Assembly (NCBI RefSeq): GCF_006345805.1 | Contig: NC_043001.1 | Coordinates: 26,040,001 to 26,104,000, forward strand | DNA: 64,000 nucleotides | Source: Octopus sinensis | Taxonomy: Eukaryota | Reading direction: 5' to 3' | In this document: piece after piece, positions 12,354 to 24,365 of the stretch | Position numbering within the stretch: the stretch's first letter is position 1 | How the letters are laid out: every line of letters starts with the position of its first letter | Program-made: the position numbers and the translations under genes | The notes under the pieces: generated by a model | The model's database searches: none | What the model was told of the DNA's origin: nothing | The model's input: the letters and a program-made list of their open reading frames with translations, nothing else

Positions 12354-14379
12354 ACTAAATATTGATTCTTCTTATTCATTAGAAGCATTAACAAACATTT
12401 TGATGTAAATTTGCTGTTGTTTTTATTATGCAATCAGTTTATTTTTTACAGCACTTAATCATAACTGTATTGTAATAATCTTTACATAGACATTTCTAGA
12501 ATAAAATGAAATAAAATAAAATAAAATAAAATTAAATGAAAACAAGAAATACATTATCTCCTAGAATAAAAGTATTGATATTTTAGCTTTAGAAATATTG
12601 CTGAATAATTTAGCAAAGGAATATTTCTGTTCTGAAATAGTCACCAAGAGAAATTGTAGTCATAAATATTTCTAAGTAGGAAATTTATGTGTTTGCTGGT
12701 ATGCATTAAGAAAGAGTAAGAAGGAACCCTGCTATGTTTCTTAAACTGAGGTTAGATCAAAGAACAGGGTGGCAGAGATAAAACTGTTGGTGACATATAA
12801 CTACCATATAATGAATAGCAGATGAGAACCTCTTAAAGGAAACTGTAAGCTGAGCTGAAATTTTCCCACCATTTCTACATCCTTTCATATCAATATGGAA
12901 AGTAACAAGAAACTTGGTGACTATGTGAAGAAAGCCTAATCTATGTGTATGTATATGTTTCTATACAGCCAAAGTAAGGAATGAAAGCAAGGCCTTGAGA
13001 TAAAAAAGCCAGATACGATCAGTGAAGTCTATCATCTTAAAAGTTATTAGTGATGAAACATTAATAGGTTTCTCTTGTCAACAGAAACAGAAGCTGAAGA
13101 AGAAGAAGAAACAAGGCCCCGGCAATGCTTTTGCTGCTTACTCACTCAAGCAAGCATGAAATTGAAGAGTTAGTAAGTTAGTCCAAGTGAAACAAAGTAG
13201 GGATTTTTTATATTTAATTAAGCCAATGTAGAAAGTAAATGATGGATCAAAGTCAGAACAATAAACATTAACGAACATCACACGGATAATTATTTACAAA
13301 GAACACAATAAATATTGCTTCAAAGTCAATGTAAATATTATCATAATCTTGGTGGTATCCTTTGCTCTCTGTGTGTGTCTTTGCACACACACAATAAACA
13401 TTACATATATAACATACACACACACACACATATAATATACATATAACACATACACACACACACACTGAGCCGAGAAAATCGTTAAAACAGACAGAAGAGC
13501 TATTCAAATAACAGAAGGTTCAAACATCAGAATAGACTCTTTGGCATATAAAATGAGTAAAAATGTGTGTGTGTATCACTGGGAGAGAGAGAGAAAGATT
13601 ATACACATGCTGAGTGGGGTCTCTGCATTAGTGTGTCTGCTTATGTTTTTACTGTAGACATGAAGTCTAGAGATGACTATAAACCTATTAAATGGTTAAG
13701 AAGAATAAAAGAAAATTAAAGGGATAACAAAGATATAGTAGAGTTACTTTATAAAATTCAAGTTATAGAAAAGACGTTGCAAAACAAGGCATTTTTCTTT
13801 CTGTTGTGGCCTGTGATATTACAATAGCCCTGACCTGGTTTACTGAGCAAATTCCCTCACAGTAACATATAGCCCATTAAAGTAAAGAGATTAAAGTTGA
13901 TATTTTATCCTTTTAACTGAGCAATAATACTTGGTCAGCACAAAATCAATACAACAATACCAGTCACTTGATACTGTTTTGCCTGAATAGTGTTTTAGAA
14001 ATAATTCACTGACAGTTACAAATTACCTAAATTGTGAAATTTAAGGTAATGAATACTTCTAATTGATAATGTAGCAATCTATGAAGTAAAATTGATTGAC
14101 TGAGAGTCACAATAAACTGATTTGATAGGTTGTTAGCAATTAAATCAATGAGTCAATAAATTCCATACAATCACTGAGGCTGCGATGTGTTCACGACAAA
14201 AAATAATTGACACTCACTGGTCTAGTTCACTTAGCTGCAAATATATGTAAAAGCGAGAGTTGTAGTACACTGGTTGTGAATAGAACAATAACCCATAAGT
14301 GTTTTAGCTGAAATCAAATCATTTCATGATCAAACTTCTGTAGCCATGATTAACATTGGTTCTCAGCTGCACCAAAAGG

Positions 14380-15000
14380 TCTGCTACTTCAAACAATGAG
14401 TTACCCCAAACAAGCCATTAATACTGCTCACCATTACACCTGCACTACTGTGTCTCTACCCTCAATTCTTAAATCTGTCCTGCCACCGACTGCTTTCTTT
14501 TTGCCCTTATCTATTCTACAACTACCTTATCTCGCCAATGCAGCCCTGCATAGTTCGTACATTTCCTCAAACATGATGCTGCTACTTCATCACATCTTTC
14601 TTGAATGATCTCTCCCTTCTTTCAGACACCATTACAATCTCTGTGACATTCTACATCCCACCTTGTTCCATTCCACCGACTCCCTTTGCACACTCTCACT
14701 TCTACTGCAAAACCTGACCCTCTATCCAAAGCATTAGCTCTTTGGACATTTAAAATGACCCAACTCCCACTTCAATATTACCAGCTGTTTCCTCTGTACA
14801 ACCATAAACATTACTTAATACGTTAAATGCTGATGTTGAGCCTTGTATATTGGAAAAACCAGTCAGAGATTGGCAGAGCATTTTACAAAGCACCTTTTAC
14901 ATGCTGATGTCACATCACTGGATCACTCTGACCTCGTATGCCCATCAATTTAAGTCCCCTGACCACACCTAACTGCATCCCTTTGTCTACCGTTTTTATT
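14380..15000 (+). mobile_element. Penelope-like element remnant (RT C-terminal linker plus GIY-YIG endonuclease)
   Basis: Decayed segments SYPKQAINTA, HDAATSSHL, FRHHYNLCDIL and LYIGKTSQRLAEHFTKHL (14843-14896, the GIY-YIG YIG motif) in the collinear order of Penelope-like ORFs. Confidence 0.72.
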
Positions 15001-16373
15001 TTACACCATGAATCAACCATCTCCTATTTGCACTATGAACAGCTAATCATCCTTTAACACACAATTTGCCCAATTGGGAAAATTGGAATAATCATCATGT
15101 TTCCATATTGTAACATTTCCTCCTTCTGTGCCAAAACTGATAAACGTCCTCTTGTGCACTTCATTCTCTCCTTTGTCTCCACATACACACATCTACACAC
15201 ACTCCCACAATATGTTCAAATACACTGCTTTATACACACATACACACTTGCCTACACACATACATATACAAAATACATTCTCACATCCTAGGTCCCTTGA
15301 TGGAAAAACGCTCTCCTGGCTGAAAAACATCATTCCATTCTAACCACTTTTACCCTTTTTTATTCACTTATCATGTGGTTTTTATCAATAAACATTGTTT
15401 CCATATAACTTTTCTTCTGTTCTGTGTTTTTTTTTTCATGATGATGGCACTATCTGAAATGTTTCTTCCTTACAGTATAAAACCAATTACCTTATGCTCC
15501 CTGAAATGTTTTAGATATCATTAATAGATTGGCATCCAAAACCAGGGAGGAATTCCCTCAACCATTTAGCATGCCTTGAAAACAAGAATATATTCAAAAT
15601 AAAACCATCGCACTTTCACATATATAAGAACCATTTGCCGAATATTAAGCTGTACCAGTATCTCAACCTGAAGCATTAAATTATTTGCAACATTTCATCA
15701 TTGCCAACTCGAAGAGCATCAAAGTTCCCTTTGGATTCCCTCAACACTTACGTAGATTTCTGACTGTTGGTCAAAAGAACCTGTAACTTGCACGACCACA
15801 CCCAGGCAGACTGCTTTCACTGACAGGCCAAATATGCTGTGTTTCACTGACAAATCTCAAGCCCTTTGTGAATTAGATTTGTTTGGCAGCATATGAGAAG
15901 ATTAGAATAAGTAGACTATAATGGAAATCACCAATTTGCAACAGGGAGGAAGACAATTTATTGCAACTCCAGAGTGCAAACAGTATGGTATGAAGAATGT
16001 TATTGTAAGCCACTGCATCTGATTCAATCTCCAACCCTTCCCAGCCTTGTCCCAGAGGACTACAAACAAGAGAATGAAGTTGATGACATGCAATTCTTCC
16101 TGAAATTGTTGACTTTTGATAGATGAATAACGATAATACAAATAACAATTTTGATTGAATGGCCAAGAATGTAAAGAGAAATTGGAGGTGTTAGACTGTG
16201 TTCTTTGATAAAAATAACACGCAAAAAAGAAGAAAAACATTCTTGTTATTTTATTGACTGGAAATGATAGAAAAATCTAATAGTTGAAATAAATTCTTAG
16301 AGAAATATATAAAAGAAAATGTGTTTCATTTTTTAGCCAGAAAATACCATTTTAAGTATGTATTTATAGCAAA

Positions 16374-16549
16374 ATGATGATGACGATGATGATGATGAGG
16401 AGGAGGATGATGATGATGATGATGATGATGAGGAGGATAATGATGATGATGACGATGATGAGGATGAGGATGATGATGATGATGTTGATGATGATGATGA
16501 TGTTGATGATGATGATGATGAAGTCGATGATGATGATGATGATGATGAT
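16374..16549. repeat. Imperfect (ATG/GAT)n trinucleotide repeat
   Basis: About 58 units with GAG/GAC/GTT interruptions. Confidence 0.95.
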
Positions 16550-17270
16550 CTGTTAGAAAATTTATTTATCCATCAATAAACACCCCTGTTCTTTCCGTTT
16601 TTAAAATAATTCCCGTGGAAACATTTCTGATAGACCTCATAATAACAATGATTGTTAGAAAATCAGCTAAACATCTTAAGTAATTCTACCTTTCAATTTA
16701 ACTCTTATTTATAAGTCCTACTATATACATTATCATCAGAACATTTTCCCAAGTTGCCAAGAATATTATTACAAGAAAGCAATTAAACAGAAGATTAGTG
16801 AAGTTATTTGATGAAGATTGTGAGGTCTCTAAATAGAGGTAGAAATAATAACAAAAGTCCTAACTAAAATATTAATCTATTCTCCAACTTGTAACACATC
16901 AGCAAACACTGAATTTGTTTTTATTTCTACTTCAATTCATGCTGCTTCAGATTATCACCAGTCTACCAATTATAGCGACTAGTCTTAATTATATGAGAAT
17001 TTTTTTTTTGTTGCTTTTCAAGAGTCAAAAAAATTACTACCTTTTTATTTTTGTTGTAAACCATAATAGCCTGTAAAACTAATTGTAAGGTCTGGTGCCA
17101 GTAAAGTTAATTAGATACGAAACGCAATTTTCCCTGGATAGGATGTCAGTCACTAGTAACAGTTTACAATGGATATCAGCTAACACTCTATAAACTAGCA
17201 TTCCATACTCTTTGATGAATTCCTAGGATCCATGGGACGTGTACTTATCTCTAGTGTTCATGGTGTGAAG

Positions 17271-17606
17271 GCGCATGGCTAAGTGGTTAGAGCGTCGAGC
17301 TTATGATTGTGAGGTTGTGAGTTCGATTCCTGGACTGGGCTGCATGTTGTGTTCTTGAGCTAGACACTTTATTTCACGTTGCTCCAGTTCACTCGGCTGT
17401 AGAAATGAGTTGTGACGTCACTGGTGCCAAGCTGTATTAGCCTTTACCTTTCTCTTGGATAACATCAGTGGTGTGGAGAGGGGAGGCTGGTATGCATGGG
17501 CGACTACTTGCCTTCCACAAACAACCTTGCCCGGACTTGTGCCTCGGAGGGTCACTTTCTAGGTGCAATCCCATAGTCATTCATGACCGAAGGGGGTCTC
17601 CTCCTG
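17271..17606 (+). mobile_element. tRNA-derived CORE-type SINE (family E, long form) with 11-bp TSD
   Basis: A-box TGGCTAAGTGG, B-box GTTCGATTCC, CORE-like TTCTTGAGCTAGACACTT...CTGTAGAAATGAG; ATGGTGTGAAG is duplicated at 17260-17270 and 17607-17617. Confidence 0.85.
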
Positions 17607-17764
17607 ATGGTGTGAAGTAGATGAGGGAATAATCTTCACCTAACTTGGACACTGATCTATAATATATTTCCCTGTGGAAGGACTTGAGTCTTGAAACTGC
17701 AAGTAACAACTGCTCCCTTCTCAGCTGAAGGAGTTTTTGTCAGGCTAATTACTCAGTAACTCTG

Positions 17765-18005
17765 TCAGTGCTGGTGCCACATAAAAAGCACTGGTACTAG
17801 TGTCACATAAAAAGCACCAGTGATGGTGCTATGTAAAAAGTACCCAGTGCACCCCGTAGAGTGGTCGGATTTAGGAAGAGCATTAAGCCATAGGAACCAT
17901 GCCAAAACAGACAATGAAAACTGTGCCAAAGCAGATGTAAAAACATCCAACCCATGCCAGCATGGAAAATGGTCGTTAAATGATGATTATAATGATGATG
18001 ATGAT
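17765..18005 (+). mobile_element. Family C RTE-like 3' end
   Basis: AAAAAGCAC subrepeats, then CCAACCCATGCCAGCATGGAAAA...GTTAAA and (TGA)n. Confidence 0.7.
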
Positions 18006-18320
18006 GTAATTCTTCATTTATTGCCCATTAAAGCTACTCACAGTTGTGAGATATACTACTTGAGGTGCATATTGTTATGTGGGCTCAAGTATTAGGAGCT
18101 AAGGCGTCATGTGAACAAACACAATGCAGTACTGCTTACAATGGTGGGGTATCCCACTTGAGATGCATTCAACTTTGTGGATTAAAGCATTAGAAGCTAA
18201 GTGTCATTAGAACAGACACAATATGAAACCAGTGGGAGGATTCAAACCATCTCAGCCGTTGTCCAATATTCTCTTGTGGAGGTCCCCAAGCATTTTATTA
18301 CTGTTGGTATACATTAGAGT

Positions 18321-18490
18321 CATCATCATCATCGTTTAACGTCCGCTTTCCATGCTAGCATGGGTTGGACGATTTGACTGAGGTCTGGCGAACCAGATGG
18401 CTACATCAGACTCCAATCTGATCTGGCAGAGTTTCTACAGCTGGATGCCCTTCCTAACGCCAACCACTCCGAGAGTGTAATGGTGCTTTA
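18321..18490 (-). mobile_element. Family C RTE-like 3' end
   Basis: (CAT)n CGTTTAACGTCCGCTTTCCATGCTAGCATGGGTTGG...CTGGATGCCCTTCCTAACGCCAACC, the reverse of the 7305 copy. Confidence 0.8.
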
Positions 18491-19768
18491 CACTCTCGGT
18501 AAATAAAAATATTGTAATACACTTTGTGTATGAAGAGTAAATAAAAATATTTTAATACACTTTGTGTATGAAGTAAAAAAGAAAAACTGTATTTAAAAGA
18601 TAAAGTTATTCATATATTTTAACCAAGTGGTTCTCAAATATTGCACCACAAGGGATATTTAGGTACAACACAGATCTTTAAAACCAATGTAAGGATTTAA
18701 TAAAACATGATAAACAGTGGTTTTGTATATTTTTTTTTTCTAAATTTTTAACTTTAAAATGATTTTATAAAACTTTTGATGTAAAATCATTGACAATATT
18801 AGCATTTATTGGTGGTAGTGCTGTCTTCATTTTGTTTCTACTTTCTATGCTAGCATGGGTTGGACAGGTTATCAAAGTCTAAATTTATTCTTGTCTGGAA
18901 TTAATACTTGTTAGGCAGACCTGAGGACTATATCTTGCTTATATGTCTATTTTTGGCATGGTTTTCTCATTTCAATACTCGTCTCAACACCAATCCCTTT
19001 ACAGAATGTATCAGGTGCACTTTATTGTGGAACTAATACTAGAGAAGTTATCATGTATCCTGTAAGACTAAAGAATCCTAAAGAGTTCATTCAAGTCAAC
19101 ATAACATGAATGAAAGAGAGAGGATGATGACAAAAGATGAACTTGGGTGAAAGAAGAGTTAATGGGAGATACAAAGTGAGTGAAGTGAGAGGTTGGTAGA
19201 GAAAGGAGAAGGGAAAAAGTAATAGAAGAGATATTGCTGGAAGGGGTAATGGAAGAGACACAGTAAATGGTAGGAAATGATAGAAAAGAGCAATAATGGC
19301 AGTTATATATCTGATGATTAGATGGACAGACAGACAGATAATAGATAGAGAGGGAGGAGAAAGAGAAGGAGAGATAGAAGGGAGAAAGAGGAGAGAGACA
19401 GAGAGAGGAGAAAGAGAGAGAGGGGAGAAAGAGAAGAGAGAGAGAGATAAATGTCAGTGAGTGACCTGGGTGGATGGAATGATGGCTAGCATTACAGAAA
19501 GGTGATGGAGTGTATGAGATATGAACAGATCTGATGCAATTCCTTCTTTCACAAACATATTGATGAGAGGGAGATGTAGAGTGATAATGGTGGTGGTAGA
19601 GTGGAATTGATTATGGAGAGATCCAATGCCATCTCTTGTTACACAGGCAGCATGATAAAAATGAATAGGAGAGAGAGATGAGTGCATCAAAGAGATTGTG
19701 GGTGGGGCAGTAAATGGAAAATTAACAAAGAAAATAACAGGTGAGAGATCAAAACATACACTATATTA

Positions 19769-19999
19769 GGTGGCAAGCTGGCAGAAACGTTAGCATGCCA
19801 GGCGAAATGCGTAGCCGTATTTCGTCTGGCATAACGTTCTGAGTTCAAATTCCGCTGAGGTCGACTTTACCTTTCATCCTTTCGGGGTCGATAAATTAAG
19901 TACCAATTATGCACTGGGGTCAATGTAATCGATTTAATCCGTTTGTCTGTCCTTGCTTGTCCCCTCTGTGTTTAGCCCCTTGTGGGTAGTAAAGAAATA
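19769..19999 (+). mobile_element. SINE family A, full length
   Basis: GCTGGCAGAAACGTTAGC...GAGTTCAAATTCCGC...TTTAGCCCCTTGTGGGTAGTAAAGAAATA; nearly identical to 26196 and 38641. Confidence 0.88.
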
Positions 20000-20329
20000 A
20001 CTATATTATAATATCCCAGCTTCCATCGCTGTGTGTTATCAGTCATCTTGCTTTTTTTTGTCATCTTCATGAGGCTCAGCATTTTGAGATCAGTTTTTAG
20101 CACTTGGTCCCATGTCTTTGAGCTGATGCTATCGTTTGAATAGGAGAGAGAGAATGTGTGACAGAGAGAGAGAGAAGAGAGTACAAGGTAGTTGGGAGTG
20201 AGGGAAGTAGATGGAAATTGAATAGGAACATGTGGATCAAGTGGCCCAAATGTAGATATATTATATGCCGCAACCTCCCCCATTTTTCATGTTTCACCAT
20301 AACTGCATAAATTGAAAGATCTTCTCAAG

Positions 20330-20880
20330 TACAGCATGCCAGCAACAGTCATAGTCAACTCTCACCATTCTGTTCTATGTCTTCCCAGGTCTCCTTTTCC
20401 ACAGGTTCCATCTATTTTGAATGTTCAGTACATCATTTTATACAGTTGTTAACCTCCATATGCATCATGTGCTCATACAAGCACAGTATTCTCTCCTGCA
20501 CACATTTGATTCTTCTTATATCCATTATTTTCTTTTTCTTCTTTACCTTGCTTCATTTACATTCTGTTGTTTATACACATTACGCATCCGGCAGAGCATA
20601 TTTGCTTCATTTCTTCCTAGTCTTTGAAAATCTTCTGCATTCAAGGCCCATATCTCTCACTATCATGCAACATTGCAGTTCATACAAAAACAACATATAA
20701 TCTGCCTTTCACTTTAAGGGAGAAGCCCTTTGATGTCAGCAGACATAATAACTTCCTGAACTTTCTCCATCCTGTTCTTACTCTGGCTGTTACGTTTTTC
20801 ATACACCTACCTCCACTACTAATTAACAACCTAAGAGTAACCTAAGTAACAAAAGCTATTAACTACTCCATAGTATGCTT
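20330..20880 (-). mobile_element. RTE-clade LINE reverse transcriptase C-terminal remnant
   Basis: The minus strand reads GVVNSFCYLG, TARVRTGWRKFRKLLCLLTSKGFSLKVKGRLY and WALNAEDFQRLGRNEANML with stops and frameshifts, typical of the post-RT region of RTE elements. Confidence 0.8.
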
Positions 20881-22557
20881 CTGCCACATATGAAATCTAC
20901 TTTCTTTGTCAGGCTGTCTGCAATTCCATAACACTTTTTGCACATGCATATATTATACAAAGAACTCTATGTTATTTCTTTCTACATTTACTGCATATTA
21001 TGCATAGCCCTTTCTTTGATGGTAGCAAAGTCCAGTCTTTTTCTCCTACACACAAAAAGTTTAAGCTTTGCTAAGTTTACTTTGAGGTCTCTCAATTATA
21101 GATTTTGCTTCCAGGTCTGGAATATTTTTACTAAACCATCCACAGATTTAGCGGTAAGAATTAGGCCAGCAGTATACAGGACTACCTATGGACAGCAGGT
21201 CATAAACATCTCTGTTATGGCCTGAAGGACTATAATAAACAGGAAGGAAAGGGATCTAATAGGTTCCTTCCTGCACTTTAAATTTGCCACCATAGTTTTC
21301 ATCCTTTCATACAAACCACACCACTATTTTTTTTTCTGTTTCATCTACAATGCATCACAAAGTTAAAAAGATTGAGAATATCTGTCTTAACCTGTATATA
21401 ATTTAAAATTTAAACTACAGAAAACTATTAATTTCTGTTTTACTCAATAAACAAAACATGATTATCAAGACTTTATCTTTTGAATTTCAGTTCATATTTT
21501 TCACACTTATAATTTTAATATTTTATTTTCTTTCCTATCTCCATCTCACAGCAAACACCAATGACTTGTGGCTCACTTTTTGGGAACCACTGCTGTAAGG
21601 GTGACCACTTTCCTTGTTTCATATATTTTATTAAATGCAACTTCGCTGATGAGAGAGAGAGAGAGAGAATCTCTGCTATATTAAACATAAATTTTTTTTC
21701 TTCTTCCCTACGTAGCAACAACATTACTTTGTCTCTCTCTTTCCATAACTTTAGAAATTCCAAGAAACAGCAGAACAATCAAACGTGGAATCATAAATCC
21801 TTACATTCAGTTACAAGACGAAATATTTTATTTTATGTAGATATTGGGTGGTTAAGCAAAAAAAAAGAAAGGCTTTTGACATTAATTTAAGAAATGCATT
21901 CTCATAGCAAACAAAAATCTTTTAATATACGAGATCTGGGGTCCCGAGTTTGAAAGCATTGAAAAAATATGATGATATCTATTAAAATATATGATGGATG
22001 AATACACAACAATACACATGAACTGTTAAAAGTAGGTTAAACATGTGTACAAAATAACGCACCATCTATCAACTAGAATATGTAAAGCTCACTTTTACTA
22101 CACACACACTCATAAGTCAAGTGTGTATCATATTAAGGAAACTGGTATATCACTTATAGATTAAATATACATATGTGTTTATGTGTAGGCGAGCGTGCGT
22201 GCAAAAAGCACACTTATTTGATTGCAATAGCATTATATATACATATATATATATATTTACAATAATATATATAATATAAACACATGCAATTAAGACGGTT
22301 GCTAATGTTTACAGACCTTTGTTCACACCATCTCAAACAATTGTTTAATAACTACAGTTATTACTGCTACTATTACCACACCCACTAATCCTAAATGTCT
22401 CTACTGCACCTTATGCCCGTTAAACTAGTTTACGTTTATATTTAGTTTTTTTTTTGTATTCCTTTTCTTTTCTTTTTTATTTCTTCTTTATCTTCTTTTT
22501 TTTATCAAAGAGACACAGCGGAGCCTGTTTATGGAGAGATTCAGAAAGATAGCTTAC

Positions 22558-22985
22558 TGCTATCGTTAAGTTAGAGCCGATCAAATAAGCGAAGCAGGGT
22601 GAGGGGAGAAGGAAACACACGGACATGGTCTTCGTCTTTCTTTTTTATATGAGAGAGAGAGCGAGAGAGAGAGAGAGAGCGAGAGAGAGAGAAAGAGAGA
22701 GAGGGAGAGTGACAGAGGAGGTGGGAAAGAAAAGGAAAAAAAAAAAAGGTGTACACAAGCACACACTCTAAGACACATGCGCGCACACATTCATATACAC
22801 ACACACACTCGCACGCACATTTTCTTGCGCGCACTTTATCATTGGTTTTCCTCCTCCTCCTCCCCCTCCTCCTCCGCCTTCTCCTCCATAGAAATTTGCA
22901 ACGGATTTCCTCGAAGCTCATTCGATACAATAGCGAAGAACGAGAACGGGTCGTCCACTGAAGTCGTCGGTGGCAAGAGTTTATA
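22558..22985 (-). promoter_or_regulatory. Candidate promoter and first exon of a minus-strand gene
   Basis: Minus-strand TATAAA (22985-22980), Inr-like TCAGT (22961-22957), CpG-retaining leader with (GGA)n/(CT)n, ACCATG at 22626 opening 23 codons (MSVCFLLPSPCFAYLIGSNLTIA), then a GCA|GTAAGC donor at 22558/22557. No downstream exon was identified. Confidence 0.4.
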
Positions 22986-24116
22986 GAATTTATTAAAGAA
23001 ATATATGGTCCACACATAAACAAAAATAGCAGAACTTCTAGGATACGGATTATTGAATTTGTGCTTGTAAAGCAGTGTTGTTATAATTTCTGTCAGATTC
23101 ACTACGTTTTTTCTTCTCTGGCCGCAGAAACTACTATTAACCAGTTTAAGAGATTCTCTCTACACACATACACAGGACCAATACCGAGTTGCTATAGGGA
23201 ATCGTTGTCTATCTGTACATGTGTATTATTAACATGTATAGAAACCTGTCAAATCTTTGGCTGAATAAACCCGATTCTCAAACGGACTTATAAGACTAAT
23301 AATTTTTTTTATTTTTAGCATATTATTATTTATTGATATTATTGTTATTTTCCAAACGAAGGAAAGGAATTGTTGCTAAATTTCAATAATTTTTACAAGG
23401 CTTTAGAATGTTTTGGATTCAAGTCCATTCAGGTAACCAGAGTTTTTACTTAATATGTCACCTTGCTTATATTATTAAATCACTTTCTCTTTTCAGTCCA
23501 ATTCGCGAAATCGTCCCTTCCTTTAATAATACACACGCTCTATTTATCTCGTTAATATGTTTTGAAAAACTTAACACCTTCCACGCCCACTTTTGATTAT
23601 TTAACCAGACTATTCTGAAATTTATATTTATAATTTCGACGCACAGTGGTTATGGGATAAATATTATAAAATAATGTAATAAAATATGAAAAAATGTAAA
23701 AGGCCGACAACAAATCAATGTTTTAAAGTGATTAAGCATTTGGCGATCACTAAACGGAACATGTGTTGGATCCCAAGATCGGTTCCCATGGCTATTTACT
23801 CGCAGTAAATCAAATTATTGATGTTTCTCCGTTATCTACATCCATTCAATCGATTTCTTCAACTGGTCTTTCTAAGAAAGATCCCGAAGTAGAAAAGAAA
23901 AAATCAACGCTTTAAAAAGCTTTATCTAGGATATCTAATAACTAAAGTAGATGTGAAATGACAGATCTTTGGAAAATATCTAATATTGTGATGAATTTTT
24001 ATTTTAATATTTCTTATATATATATAAAAACCAATATTTTTATTCTTTGATCTTAGCTACATTGTTTTTAATATATCAATGATGGCATTGTGTGCGTGCA
24101 CGAACGTGTTTACATA

Positions 24117-24365
24117 CAGACACACATTATATACATACATACATATATATATACATATATACACATATATACATACACATACATATATATACATACATAC
24201 ATATATATATATATACATACATACACATACATATATATAGACATACATACATATACATACATACACATACATATACATACATATATATACATACATACAC
24301 ATACATATATATACATACATACACATACATATATATACATACACATACATATATATATATATATA
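24117..24365. repeat. Compound (TA)n/(TACA)n microsatellite
   Basis: Direct inspection; loose 18-20-bp higher-order units. Confidence 0.93.

Noticed and set aside
15873-16240. Minus-strand ORFs with faint hAT-like wording
   Set aside because: Similarity too weak to support by eye.
16370-16579. Poly-Asp/Glu open frame in the (GAT)n tract with a possible TTTATAG acceptor
   Set aside because: Single substitutions in GAT cannot create a stop, so openness is uninformative; similar (GAT)n tracts here are retroelement tails.
17271-17345. tRNA-like A/B boxes at 17271, 44953, 52086 and 59998
   Set aside because: These are SINE heads: no complete cloverleaf or acceptor stem, and three of them continue into SINE bodies bounded by TSDs.
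18499-18573. 38-bp-period AT-rich tandem duplication
   Set aside because: Simple local slippage at the truncated end of a family C copy; no further structure.
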